A stretch of 64,000 bases of DNA from Bacillota bacterium (GCA_023409735.1 JAEYRB010000010.1:153404-217403), one strand, 5' to 3'; counted from the first letter of the stretch, positions 1-11,567 are shown. Numbers and translations: made by a program. The notes: a model not told the origin generated them from the letters alone.

Positions 1-1
1 A

Positions 2-460
2 AAGTATATTCCTGATGCGGCTATAACTACCGATGTTATGGTTGGCTTTCCGGGGGAAACAGACGAAGAATTTGAACGTACATATAAATTCCTTGAAGAG
101 ATAGAATTCTCTAAGATGCATGTGTTTAAATACTCTCCCAGAAAGGGAACGCCGGCAGCAGCCTTTGAAGGGCAGGTCGACGGTAATGTCAAGGAGGCAA
201 GAAGTGCCAGAGTTATCAAGCTTTCGGAACGTTTGGGCATAGAGTACATCAACAGGTTTGTGGGCAGAGAGCTTCCGGTACTTTACGAGCAGGAGGTAAA
301 AGGGACGGAAGGCTTTTATGAAGGGCTAACACCAAATTACATAAGAGTTGTATCAAAAGGGGATAATAGCCTTGCAGGTAAAATAGTCGCAACAAGACTG
401 ATCAGCGCCGATAAGGAAGGAAATGCAGAAGGGGAGCTTGTTTCAGACGATATTACTTGA
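2..460 (+). CDS. radical-SAM methylthiotransferase (MiaB/MtaB family), C-terminal part with TRAM-like domain; 5' end outside window
   Basis: Frame open from window edge (KYIPDAAITTDVMVGFPGETDEEFERTYKFLEEIEFSKMHVFKYSPRKGTPAA), the conserved segment after the radical-SAM core of MiaB/MtaB enzymes. Confidence 0.8.
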   Translation, partial: KYIPDAAITTDVMVGFPGETDEEFERTYKFLEEIEFSKMHVFKYSPRKGTPAAAFEGQVDGNVKEARSARVIKLSERLGIEYINRFVGRELPVLYEQEVKGTEGFYEGLTPNYIRVVSKGDNSLAGKIVATRLISADKEGNAEGELVSDDIT

Positions 461-662
461 TTTTTAGACATTAATATTTGTACAATACTTCGGTATAGAT
501 GCTCAAAGTCATGAACATTTTGTACAATACTTTGGCAAAATTATTGAGATTTATTCATATTGAATAATATTACTGCATGTATTATTATAAGAATATAGCA
601 AACATATGTTTTATAGCAAATTTGCAATACCAAGGAAGTCGTTGGGCAGGAGCGTGATTAAT

Positions 663-917
663 ATGGCAAATAGCGAGACCATGATGTTTAAAATGGAAAA
701 GGATAAGGATAAGGAAGCACAGGAGATTTTATTCAGCGTGTACAAAGCACTGAATGAAAAGGGTTATAACCCGATAAATCAGCTTGTTGGGTATATACTT
801 TCCGGCGATCCTACATATATAACAAATCACCTCAATGCCAGAAGTATTGTGCGAAGACTTGAAAGAGATGAACTGCTTGAGGAACTTGTAAGATTCTATC
901 TGGAAAACAAGAAGTGA
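663..917 (+). CDS. ireB: IreB-family regulatory phosphoprotein (UPF0297)
   Basis: [45 protein letters not shown] is the UPF0297/IreB signature; AGGAG 10 nt before ATG 663 (track ORF starts further upstream at 606). Confidence 0.85.
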   Translation: MANSETMMFKMEKDKDKEAQEILFSVYKALNEKGYNPINQLVGYILSGDPTYITNHLNARSIVRRLERDELLEELVRFYLENKK

Positions 918-924
918 TGAAAGG

Positions 925-949
925 CCCCGACTGGTTCGGGGTTTATTTG
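925..949 (+). terminator. intrinsic terminator after ireB
   Basis: CCCCGA-ctggt-TCGGGG hairpin followed by TTTATTTGT. Confidence 0.6.
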
Positions 950-1291
950 TGTAAATAAGTGCTGTAGCTTGCGGAAAAGAGACAAAAAGAAGAGTCAGAA
1001 AGGGATGGTTCCTTTTGACTCACAGGATGTTCATGCGTTCTTGTATGCAGCTTGCGGCATGGATGTTCATGGAATATTGTGATGAACTTAGAGAATGCAG
1101 TGAGGATCAATAAATTTGCCGGAAGAACACAGAGGAACTCAGGAGAGTAAGTTAATCATAGTAAGGATTCCAGCTGCAGTGAAAGCTCGCGAAATTGCAG
1201 TAAGCGTTTATTGAGCTGCGGTTAGGTATTTGTACGATTTTGCAGAATCGTATTATTGCAGTGAAGGTTGATGAGTTTACAGGGAGGATTC

Positions 1292-2239
1292 ATGGAATAC
1301 AGGGAGCTTGGAAAAACCGGACTAAAGGTTTCAAGAATGTGCTTCGGTGCGCTCGTTATCGGTCCGCTGCAGCTTAATATGCCACCTGCGGAGGGGGCCA
1401 AGGTAATTAAAGCAGCGCTGGAGCGGGGAGTTAATTTTATAGATACGGCTGAGCTTTATGGAACCTATGACCATATCAGAGAAGCCTGCAGGGGGTGTAA
1501 GGAAAGGCCGATAATATCAACAAAATCCTACGCTTATTCTGCTGAGGGGGCCAGGAAGAGCCTTGAAAAAGCCAGAAGGGCACTGGATACTGATGTGATT
1601 GACATATTTATGCTTCATGAACAGGAAAGCAGACTCACTCTAAGGGGGCACAGAGAAGCCCTGGAATTTTACCTCAATGAACGCGAAAAGGGGAGAATAA
1701 AAGCGGTTGGTGTTTCTACGCACAATATTGAGGTTGTAAGAGCAATTAGTCAGATGCCCTACATTGATGTAGTACACCCTCTTATTAACCTGACGGGAAT
1801 AGGCATAGGTGACGGCACCAGAGATGAAATGCTGGACGCCATAAAGGAGGCCTATGAATGTGGTAAGGGCATATATAGCATGAAAGCCTTGGGAGGAGGC
1901 AATTTGCTTTATTCATATGATGAGTGCATGGGCTTTATTCTGGGTATCCCATATATACATTCTACAGCTGTAGGCATGCAGAGTGTAGAAGAAGTAGAAA
2001 TGAATGTGCTAAGATTTGAGAACAAGGAAATTGCTGACGGCCTGAAGGCGTCAATAACCTCAAAGGGAAAGCATCTGCATATCGATTACTGGTGCGAGCA
2101 TTGCGGAAGGTGTGTTGAGCGCTGCAAGCAGGGAGCCTTGTCACTGGTAGACAATAAAGTGACAATTGACAAAGATAAGTGTCTTTTGTGCGGATATTGC
2201 GGAAGCGTCTGTCCGCAGTTTGCTATAAAAATATGCTGA
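1292..2239 (+). CDS. aldo/keto reductase fused to a C-terminal 2x[4Fe-4S] ferredoxin domain
   Basis: MEYRELGKTGLKVSRMCFG...FIDTAELYG AKR N-terminus; C-terminal CEHCGRCVERC and CLLCGYCGSVCP cluster motifs; GGGAGG before ATG 1292. Confidence 0.85.
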   Translation: MEYRELGKTGLKVSRMCFGALVIGPLQLNMPPAEGAKVIKAALERGVNFIDTAELYGTYDHIREACRGCKERPIISTKSYAYSAEGARKSLEKARRALDTDVIDIFMLHEQESRLTLRGHREALEFYLNEREKGRIKAVGVSTHNIEVVRAISQMPYIDVVHPLINLTGIGIGDGTRDEMLDAIKEAYECGKGIYSMKALGGGNLLYSYDECMGFILGIPYIHSTAVGMQSVEEVEMNVLRFENKEIADGLKASITSKGKHLHIDYWCEHCGRCVERCKQGALSLVDNKVTIDKDKCLLCGYCGSVCPQFAIKIC

Positions 2240-2525
2240 TATGCATACTAGTATTAACCTTGAAACATAATAATCCGCTGTAAGTATAAGAATGATTTTG
2301 CCTTGAAATAATCCGTTAGCGTAAATATAACGAGGCGAAAGATATTCTCCGCTTCGCTGTAACTCACTAGCATGTTGGTGTGTTGTAAAGGAAATTCATG
2401 CTCTTTGCTCATGTATCATGGGTATGGAATGTGTTATAATTTTTTATTATCGGTTGAAGAAAGCAATTTGTTGAACTGGTTGACCTGAATAACACAAAAT
2501 GCACCAGCGCACTTTGGAGGACTTA

Positions 2526-2942
2526 ATGAGAATAATGGGTATTGATTTTGGATACAGTAGAATAGGAATTGCTGTAAGTGATCCTCTTGGATGGACAGCA
2601 CAGGGACTTGACACGATCTCTTGGAAAGGCTCCATGGAGCAGCCCGCTGCGAAAGTAAAGCAGCTTGTAGATGAGTATAAGGTTGAGAAGATAGTAATAG
2701 GACTGCCGAAAAACATGAATGATACTATCGGGCCAAGCGGCGAGATGGCTATGGAATTTGGAGATATGCTTTCAAAGATAACCGGACTTGAGATCATAAA
2801 ATGGGATGAAAGGCTTACGTCTGTTGCTGCTAATCGTGCAATGCATGAGATGGGTATGAAGACTTCAAAAAAGAGGGGCGCTGTTGATAGAATAGCAGCT
2901 GTATTTATATTACAGGGGTATCTTGACAGTATCTCAAAATAG
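2526..2942 (+). CDS. ruvX: Holliday-junction resolvase-like nuclease RuvX/YqgF
   Basis: MRIMGIDFGYSRIGIAVSD...VEKIVIGLPKNMNDT...WDERLTS; GGAGG 5 nt before ATG 2526. Confidence 0.9.
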   Translation: MRIMGIDFGYSRIGIAVSDPLGWTAQGLDTISWKGSMEQPAAKVKQLVDEYKVEKIVIGLPKNMNDTIGPSGEMAMEFGDMLSKITGLEIIKWDERLTSVAANRAMHEMGMKTSKKRGAVDRIAAVFILQGYLDSISK

Positions 2943-2996
2943 AGGTAAGTTATTTATGTAAAGAGCAATTGAAGAAAGCGAAAAGGAGGCTTTGGC

Positions 2997-3287
2997 ATGG
3001 ACGAAGAAAGAGATGATATAGTTGTATTAGTTGATGAAAACGGTGAAGAGGTTGAATTTGAGCATATTGATACAATAGAAATGAATGGAAATGAGTATGT
3101 TGTTCTTGCTCCGCTTAGTGAAGATGAAGAAGAAGAGCTAGACGAGGAAGAAGTTATTATATTAAAGGTCGAGCATGGTGAAGATGGTGAGGATACCTTT
3201 ATTACCATTGAGGATGATGATGAGTTGGATGATGTCTTCGATGAGTTCCAGTCAAGGATGGAAGATCTATTCGAGCCTGAAGACTAA
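2997..3287 (+). CDS. DUF1292 (UPF0473) acidic protein
   Basis: IVVLVDENGEEVEFEHIDTIEMNGNEYVVLAP core plus acidic tail; usual partner of ireB/ruvX in Firmicutes. Confidence 0.8.
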   Translation: MDEERDDIVVLVDENGEEVEFEHIDTIEMNGNEYVVLAPLSEDEEEELDEEEVIILKVEHGEDGEDTFITIEDDDELDDVFDEFQSRMEDLFEPED

Positions 3288-3307
3288 AATATTTCCCGGG
3301 TATTGAC

Positions 3308-3339
3308 AAATCAGCATCTTTTTAGATGCTGATTTTTTG
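3308..3339 (+). terminator. intrinsic terminator
   Basis: AAATCAGCATCT-tttt-AGATGCTGATTT followed by TTTTG. Confidence 0.8.
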
Positions 3340-3438
3340 TACTCTTTACATTGTTAATATTATCCATTTGAAGGGATTTATAAAATATTAATAGAATATT
3401 ATATAGGTTTTATTTACTAATTCCTCTGGAGGTATGAA

Positions 3439-4509
3439 ATGTACAAAAGAATTAGCGTTCTATTTGTTGTTTCTGCACTTTGTGTATTTTTATTTACTGC
3501 TTGCGGACAGGAGAAACAACAGCCTGTGGACTTGCAGGTATCCACAACTGAGACTGAACCGACTAAAACACCGGAAACATCGCCTGAACCATCTCCGGAA
3601 TCGACTCCGGAGCCTGCCTCTGCAATTGAGGATGGCTTTACTGTCCCTGAAGAGGGGGTCAGGCCTATAGCTGTAATGATTGATAACGAGGGTTCAAAGG
3701 TGCTGCCACAGGGAGGAATTGACAAGGCACAGATAGTTTATGAGGCTATTGTAGAGGGCGGCCTTACCAGATTGATGGCTGTATTTTGGGGAACTGATCC
3801 GGAACTGATAGGCCCGGTCAGAAGCTCAAGGCACTACTTCCTTGATTTCAGCATGGAATATGATGCCATGTATGCCCATGTAGGCTGGAGCACTTATGCA
3901 CAAAATGACATTACAAAGCTGAAAATAAACAACATCAACGGGTTATATCTGGGTACTGATGTATTCTGGGACCTCACTAATGATAGAAAGAACTGGCAGG
4001 ATACCTATACATCAATGGAAAAGCTGGAGGCGTATGCGGATAAGAAGTATAAAACTACTACTGATACAAAGTATCCGTTCACTTATAATCAGACAGAGGT
4101 TGTGCCGACATCAGGGCAAAATGCAAATTCTGTAACCTTTAAATATCCATCAATGACCTCCGAATATAAATATGACAGTGAAGCAGGGCTCTACAAGCGC
4201 TACAGATATGACAAGCCGCATATGGAAAGAGTAAGCGGGGAACAACTTACAGCTAAAAACATAATTGTAAGATATACAAACAGCTATACAATTAAGGGAG
4301 ACAAGTATGGCCGACAGGAAATGGATACGACAGGAAGCGGAGACGGCTACTACATAACAGGCGGCAAGGCAATAAAAATTAAGTGGAGTAAGGCATCAAG
4401 AGGTGCACAGACAAAATACACAGACGAAGCCGGAACCGCATTAACTTTGAATAGAGGGCAGACTTGGATTCAGGTAGTGCCTCTTTCTTCAAAGGTCACT
4501 ATAGAATAA
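3439..4509 (+). CDS. DUF3048-domain lipoprotein (YerB-like)
   Basis: Signal peptide with lipobox LFTAC, Pro/Thr/Glu-rich linker, then RPIAVMIDNEGSKVLPQGGIDKAQIVYEAIVEGGLTRLMAVFW typical of DUF3048. Confidence 0.8.
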   Translation: MYKRISVLFVVSALCVFLFTACGQEKQQPVDLQVSTTETEPTKTPETSPEPSPESTPEPASAIEDGFTVPEEGVRPIAVMIDNEGSKVLPQGGIDKAQIVYEAIVEGGLTRLMAVFWGTDPELIGPVRSSRHYFLDFSMEYDAMYAHVGWSTYAQNDITKLKINNINGLYLGTDVFWDLTNDRKNWQDTYTSMEKLEAYADKKYKTTTDTKYPFTYNQTEVVPTSGQNANSVTFKYPSMTSEYKYDSEAGLYKRYRYDKPHMERVSGEQLTAKNIIVRYTNSYTIKGDKYGRQEMDTTGSGDGYYITGGKAIKIKWSKASRGAQTKYTDEAGTALTLNRGQTWIQVVPLSSKVTIE

Positions 4510-4608
4510 TAAGATATTTTTCAATATCTTTAATAAAAAGTGTTAGTGAATAGAATAACTGGGTATAAATTAATTATGCTAATTAAGAAACGAAAGGGTG
4601 ACTGATTT

Positions 4609-4944
4609 ATGCAAAAATTATGGAAATGCAGTGTATGCGGATATTTACATTATGGAGACGAGGCACCTGAAAGCTGCCCTAAGTGCGGCGCCCCAAAGGA
4701 TAAATTTGTTGAACTTGGGCAGGAAGATGCTGAAAAGATATTAAAGTCAGACAGAACCAATAGTATCCATATGGAGATCATTGGTTTGGCAGAAAAAATG
4801 CAGAAGCTGGCGCAGGAGGGAATTGAGATAAATCTTGATCCACCATGTGTTTCTGCGTTCGAGAAAGCTCTTTATGAAGCCTTGGTTATTAAGCAAAGGG
4901 CCAAAGCTGAACTCGAAGGCCATATGAAAAGGGGTAAATGGTAA
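4609..4944 (+). CDS. rubredoxin-like zinc-ribbon protein, function unknown
   Basis: N-terminal CSVCGY...CPKCGAPKDKF (CxxC...CxxC) followed by a helical ~70 aa tail. Confidence 0.6.
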   Translation: MQKLWKCSVCGYLHYGDEAPESCPKCGAPKDKFVELGQEDAEKILKSDRTNSIHMEIIGLAEKMQKLAQEGIEINLDPPCVSAFEKALYEALVIKQRAKAELEGHMKRGKW

Positions 4945-5023
4945 GATCCTCTGTGTTTTCGAGGAAGCAGTCGATCCAGGTTGACAGTTAAAAGTAAATT
5001 AAAAAATTTTAGTAGTTATATAG

Positions 5024-5055
5024 GGAATCCGGTCTATAGCCGGATTCCTTTTTTT
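5024..5055 (+). terminator. intrinsic terminator
   Basis: GGAATCCGG-tctatag-CCGGATTCC followed by T7. Confidence 0.85.
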
Positions 5056-5300
5056 ATGGCTCTGTGTCAATAGTTAGGGTGGGGCTCTAGCAAAATAAAA
5101 TATTGATATATTTTTCTGCCAGATAATCTAGTAAATATTCTGGTTACTGCCAGTTTTATTTTATATGGATATCAAACAGAGGCTGAGCTGATACCGCGGC
5201 TGGGTTACGTCACAAAACAGGCTGTAGTATGTAAGGTCTTTTTCAAGCAGCTACAATACTTTTCTGCTAGTCTCTCAAGTATTATTAATTCAATTAGTAA

Positions 5301-7067
<1,767 letters not shown>

Positions 7068-7120
7068 TTATGTTTCTATTTTTCTTAAATTTATTGCCAA
7101 GCCCAAGGATCATGAATCAT

Positions 7121-7154
7121 CAAAAGACTTGCTTTATTTATTGTTCGGCAAGTC
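7121..7154 (-). terminator. probable terminator of the GOGAT-glnA-ANTAR operon
   Basis: On the minus strand GACTTGC-15 nt loop-GCAAGTC followed by TTTTG. Confidence 0.45.
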
Positions 7155-7222
7155 ATTCAAATACTTATAAGTTACAGATTTGCTTAAGTATCATCAATTG
7201 CACAACAAATCCATATTATACT

Positions 7223-7335
7223 CATAAGTATCTATAGCACTATGAATCTGTCATATGGATATAAGTTATCTACAGCACTATGATTCCATCATAAGCCATA
7301 AGTATCTATAGCATTATGAATCCGTCATATGTCAT
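7223..7335. repeat. ~37-39-bp degenerate tandem repeat x3 abutting the 3' end of the ANTAR gene
   Basis: CATAAGTATCTATAGCACTATGAATCTGTCATATGG / TATAAGTTATCTACAGCACTATGATTCCATCATAAGC / CATAAGTATCTATAGCATTATGAATCCGTCATATG. Confidence 0.8.
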
Positions 7336-7338
7336 AAT

Positions 7339-7926
7339 TCAGTTTTCATATGTTCTGATGATATTCTCTGCTATCTCTCGCTTTGTTAGCCGCATATCCA
7401 TAGCTTGTTTTTCAATGAATCTGTGTGCTTGATCCTCATTCATGTTCAGATACTTGATCAGCACCCATTTTGCCCTGTTCACTATGCGTATTTCATCCAT
7501 TTTTGCCATAAGTGTCTTGTTCTTTGCTTCGGCTGTTCTCAGTCTCCCGCGCATGGCAACAGCAAGCTTTACTGCGCTGTACATAATAGCTTTGCTTACG
7601 GGCTTTGCAACAGTAATTACCCCATAGTTCTCCACCTTATAGGAAACATCATTATACAGCTCACCTTTTACGAGGAGTATAACACCTGAAGGATTTGTAT
7701 GTACAACATCAAGGGCAAAATCAGCTCCGAATTCATCGCTGAGCGGCGCATTTATTATAACTATGTCATATTCTGCACAAACCAACTTACGCTTAGCTGA
7801 GCTGCAATCCTTAATGAGCTCAACTGGGCTGAAGGATGAGGGCGGCAGAAGCTCCAAAAGCTGCTCGAGTATTTTATTTGTACTTGATACTACAAGGACA
7901 CTGCTCATTGTTCTCTCGGCAAGCAT
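7339..7926 (-). CDS. ANTAR-domain RNA-binding regulator with an atypical (pseudo-)receiver domain
   Basis: C-terminal IVNRAKWVLIKYLNMNEDQAHRFIEKQAMDMRLTKREIAENII = ANTAR; N-terminal CheY-like fold with SS for the acidic pair and N (IVIINAPL) at the phospho-acceptor position. Confidence 0.85.
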   Translation of the reverse strand: MLAERTMSSVLVVSSTNKILEQLLELLPPSSFSPVELIKDCSSAKRKLVCAEYDIVIINAPLSDEFGADFALDVVHTNPSGVILLVKGELYNDVSYKVENYGVITVAKPVSKAIMYSAVKLAVAMRGRLRTAEAKNKTLMAKMDEIRIVNRAKWVLIKYLNMNEDQAHRFIEKQAMDMRLTKREIAENIIRTYEN

Positions 7927-7942
7927 AGTAACAGCCCCCCGA

Positions 7943-9160
7943 TCAAAGAGAAAGCATTACGTACGTATCGATAACGCGACGCGGCAAAATGCTTTGCACA
8001 AAGCTGCTTGTGCTCATCAGCCTTGAAGCTTCATCAAGACTCAATGGTAAAGTCTTTAAAGTATCAAGCATCACCTTGTCTGCCTTGAAAAGGTTCACAT
8101 CTGTAGATGGCGGAGGTGTTAGCTTATTTTTGATTCCGTCAAGTCCGGCATATAATATGGCGGTATATGCCAGATAGGGGTTAGCTGTGGCATCAGGAGA
8201 GCGAAGCTCGATTCTGGCATGCTGCCGGTCAGCCGCAGGAATACGTATCAGCTGTGAACGATTCTGAGGAGACCAGGTGATATATTTTGGTGCCTTGCAC
8301 TCTCCAAGCCTTTTGTAGGAAGCGTGAACGGGATTGAGGAGCATTGTTATATCTTGTATATGTTCAAGTATTCCTGCCATAAAAGCTTCAATGCAGTTTT
8401 CATTGTTGATGCTGTGGAGCGAAAGGTTTATATGCATTCCACTGCCGCTTTTACCTTCAAGGGGTTTTGGATCAAAGGAGGCGTGGAGCCCGTTTCGTGC
8501 AGCTATGGTTTTTACAACAGTTTTGAAGGTTATTGCGTTGTCTGCCGCAGACAGTATGTCGCTGTAGTGAAAATCTATTTCGTTCTGACCGGGACCTTCC
8601 TCATGGTGTGATGCCTCCGGCTTTATTCCCATATCTTCTAGAGTAAGGCATATTTCACGCCTTACGTTCTCACCTGCATCTTCAGGAGCAATATCCATAT
8701 ATCCGGCACTGTCAAACGGTATATTAGTGGGATGGCCGTTCTCATCATTTTTGAAAAGATAGAATTCAAATTCTGCTCCCACATAGCATATAATACCCAT
8801 TTCACTTGCAGCAGCTACTGCTTTTTTCAAAAGCATACGAGTATCAAGCTCAAAAGGTGTGCCGTCGGGATGCTTTATATCGCAGAACATACGAACAACG
8901 CGGCCCTGAGATGGACGCCATGGCAATAGCGACAGCGTTGACGGATCGGGAAACAGGAAAAGGTCTGATTTTACTTCATCTCCAAAACCTCTGACTGCAG
9001 AGGCATCGAAGGATATTCCGTGATCGAATGCACCATCTAGCTCGTCTGAAAGAATTGATATATTCTTTGGTACTCCGAAGATGTCGCAAAATGCAAGCTT
9101 TATAAACTTTACATCCTCTTCCTTAACATAATCCAGTACTTCTTTTTTTGTATAGTACAT
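7943..9160 (-). CDS. glnA: glutamine synthetase, type I, unusually short (405 aa)
   Basis: EFEFYLF, ASHHEEGPGQNEIDF, GSGMHINLS, NPVHASYKRL, WSPQNRSQLIRIP and IELRSPDATANPYLA motifs present; ends about 20 aa earlier than B. subtilis GlnA by my alignment. Confidence 0.9.
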   Translation of the reverse strand: MYYTKKEVLDYVKEEDVKFIKLAFCDIFGVPKNISILSDELDGAFDHGISFDASAVRGFGDEVKSDLFLFPDPSTLSLLPWRPSQGRVVRMFCDIKHPDGTPFELDTRMLLKKAVAAASEMGIICYVGAEFEFYLFKNDENGHPTNIPFDSAGYMDIAPEDAGENVRREICLTLEDMGIKPEASHHEEGPGQNEIDFHYSDILSAADNAITFKTVVKTIAARNGLHASFDPKPLEGKSGSGMHINLSLHSINNENCIEAFMAGILEHIQDITMLLNPVHASYKRLGECKAPKYITWSPQNRSQLIRIPAADRQHARIELRSPDATANPYLAYTAILYAGLDGIKNKLTPPPSTDVNLFKADKVMLDTLKTLPLSLDEASRLMSTSSFVQSILPRRVIDTYVMLSL

Positions 9161-9174
9161 CCGATTCCCTCCAA

Positions 9175-9894
9175 TCAGTTTTGAACATAGAGCTGCTTAT
9201 ATGGATTACTTGTGTTAGGTGTCAATGTATAAAAGTTTTTGTTAAAAATTTCATTTTTATCAGTATAAAACAATTCGGAAAATGTATCAATATATGCAGA
9301 AATTTCTTCCATATCGCATTGGCTTGATTGATTGACTGCTACCTGACGGGGAAACCTTGCAGAAAGCTTTTCTGCGCGTATGACTATTTTGCCGCCGTGC
9401 ATCCCTGTGCCGCAGAAATTACCAAGAATTTCTTCATCCTTAAAGCCTAGTCCTAAAACTATGATTAACCCTCCTGCCTGATATTCTCCAAGAAAGCTTC
9501 CGCATTTGCCGCCAATTACCATAACCGGTTTTTTATCTGCATATGCCTTCATATGGATGCCTGCACGATAGCCTACATCTCCCTTTATGAATATCTCGCC
9601 ACCCCTCATTGCATAGCCTGCTGCATCACCGCAGCTGCCATGGACAACGATTCTTCCTGAATTCATAGTATCGCCTGTGGCGTCCTGTGCGTTTCCGTTG
9701 ACAACTATTGTGGCACCATCCAGATATGCACCCAGGGCATTGCCGGGAACACCATTGATCATAAGCGTTCCACTGCTTCTGCCAGCCCCGATAAAACGCT
9801 GCCCAAGACAGCTGTTAATGGTGATTTCACCTTCGGTAGATACAATTTGTCTGTTTAAAAAATTGTATCCAATATTTTCACTGTTTAATATCAT
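9175..9894 (-). CDS. glutamate synthase GXGXG (GltB C-terminal beta-helix) domain protein
   Basis: Gly-rich repeats VVHGSCGDAAGYAMRGGEIFIKGDVGYRAGIHMK...VIGGKCGSFLGEYQAGG; start overlaps the stop of the upstream ORF. Confidence 0.8.
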   Translation of the reverse strand: MILNSENIGYNFLNRQIVSTEGEITINSCLGQRFIGAGRSSGTLMINGVPGNALGAYLDGATIVVNGNAQDATGDTMNSGRIVVHGSCGDAAGYAMRGGEIFIKGDVGYRAGIHMKAYADKKPVMVIGGKCGSFLGEYQAGGLIIVLGLGFKDEEILGNFCGTGMHGGKIVIRAEKLSARFPRQVAVNQSSQCDMEEISAYIDTFSELFYTDKNEIFNKNFYTLTPNTSNPYKQLYVQN

Positions 9895-11132
9895 GATTTT
9901 ACACCTCCCAGTTTTTCATCCCTGAATTTTCTTGAAAAAGCTGCCAGACCGGGCTGTTTGAAGATTAAGGCGCTATCTATGCTTGACAGCGGCGTACGTT
10001 CACGGATAAGTGAGGTGTATATTCCTGCCTTATTTACATCACCTATCATTATATACCCCTTTAGCAGATCGTTTTTGTAAAACAGCTTCTTAAGACTTTC
10101 TGAGCTGTGTTCTTCGTATTTTTCCCCGTCATAATTACCGGCAGTAATAATGTGCATTCCAAAAAAACCGATTGCATTCATGGGGATTGCTTTATTATAG
10201 ACCATGCTGCCACCGGCCATATTGATACCGGCCACATGGCCTCCGTAGTAAGCATTTGGAAGCAAAGCCAGGACACGATCAGTGTCTGAGGAAATATCAT
10301 GGCACTCAGTACAATCTCCTGCTGCAAAAATGTTTTCCAGGGTTGTTTCCATTTTGCTGTTTACGTTAATACCTTTATTTACTAAACCACCGGCGTCCTT
10401 AACAAGAGCTGTATTAGGGCGTACGCCCACTGCGGTGACCAATATGTCGAAGCTAAGTTCTTCTCCGCTTGTAAGGAGAGCGGCATTACCCCTGAACTCC
10501 TTAACGGAGGTGCCGAGCTTGAATTCTATACCATGTGTTTCAAGGTGTTTTTGGACCAGAGCTGCACCTTCACTGTCCAGTATGCTTGATAGAATTGATG
10601 GTGCAAGGTCAATTACTGTAACACTGTTTACCCGTTTAGTTATTCCTTCGGCGCATTTAAGGCCTATAAGCCCCCCGCCGATAATGAGAATCCTTTTGTC
10701 CTTACCAAGTACAGTATCCAGTGCGATTGCATTGTCAAGAGTCATAAAGCTGAAGTGGTTTGAAACTGTCTCCAAGCCCTTCATAGGAGGTACAAACGGA
10801 GAGGAGCCTGCTGCAACAAGAAGCTTATCATAAATCACGCTCTCTCCGCTTTCGAGAAGCACCTGACATGCTATTGTATCAATTTTCACAGCCTTTTTAC
10901 CAAACTGTGCTGTGCACTTATTATCAGAATAAAAGGAGTCCGGCCTGTATTTCATCCTTTGTTCGTCTGTTTTTCCCTGCAGCAAGTAAGAAATAAGCGG
11001 GCGCGAGTACATATGATATGGCTCATCGCTTATAATTGTGATACTGCCTTTATTGTCAATTTCACGGATTCCCTCGACACAGCCTGCAGCAGCAGTTGAA
11101 TTTCCTATTATAACATATCGCAATATACTCAC
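9891..11132 (-). CDS. FAD/NAD(P)-dependent pyridine nucleotide-disulfide oxidoreductase, probable electron-input subunit of the split GOGAT
   Basis: Two Rossmann motifs (VIIGNSTAAAG; ILIIGGGLIGLKCAE) and AAGDC; overlaps neighbouring ORFs by 4 nt on both sides. Confidence 0.8.
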   Translation of the reverse strand: MSILRYVIIGNSTAAAGCVEGIREIDNKGSITIISDEPYHMYSRPLISYLLQGKTDEQRMKYRPDSFYSDNKCTAQFGKKAVKIDTIACQVLLESGESVIYDKLLVAAGSSPFVPPMKGLETVSNHFSFMTLDNAIALDTVLGKDKRILIIGGGLIGLKCAEGITKRVNSVTVIDLAPSILSSILDSEGAALVQKHLETHGIEFKLGTSVKEFRGNAALLTSGEELSFDILVTAVGVRPNTALVKDAGGLVNKGINVNSKMETTLENIFAAGDCTECHDISSDTDRVLALLPNAYYGGHVAGINMAGGSMVYNKAIPMNAIGFFGMHIITAGNYDGEKYEEHSSESLKKLFYKNDLLKGYIMIGDVNKAGIYTSLIRERTPLSSIDSALIFKQPGLAAFSRKFRDEKLGGVKS

Positions 11133-11557
11133 CTCTCTTCATATACTATAGCTTGGTTTGGACATCCTTCAATACATTTAGGATTGCCTGAAGAATTTTC
11201 AATACAAAGCTCACATTTTTGCATAACTCCGTTATCGGCCGGCATAATTGCACCATATGGACAGGATAATATGCAAGTATAGCACTGTACACATTTATCC
11301 TTATTGATGCGCACAACCCCATTTTCTCTAGTTAGAGCGCCTGTTATGCAGTTCATCACACATAGTGGTTCATCACAATGACGGCAGGAAACTGCAAAGC
11401 ATATTTTCCCATCAGTCTCAACATGTATATTCGGTTGTATTTTTATATTTTTCAGTGCGGTAAACATATTATCCTTGCCTGAATTTGCAAATGCGCAGTA
11501 GTATTCGCATAAATGACAGCCAAGGCACCAATCTTCGTTAACATAAACTCGCTTCAT
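11129..11557 (-). CDS. 4Fe-4S dicluster ferredoxin-like protein
   Basis: CLGCHLCEYYC, CRHCDEPLCVMNC, CVQCYTCILSCP and CIEGCP motifs; GAGGTG 6 nt before ATG at 11557. Confidence 0.8.
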   Translation of the reverse strand: MKRVYVNEDWCLGCHLCEYYCAFANSGKDNMFTALKNIKIQPNIHVETDGKICFAVSCRHCDEPLCVMNCITGALTRENGVVRINKDKCVQCYTCILSCPYGAIMPADNGVMQKCELCIENSSGNPKCIEGCPNQAIVYEER

Positions 11558-11567
11558 AGAAAGCACC

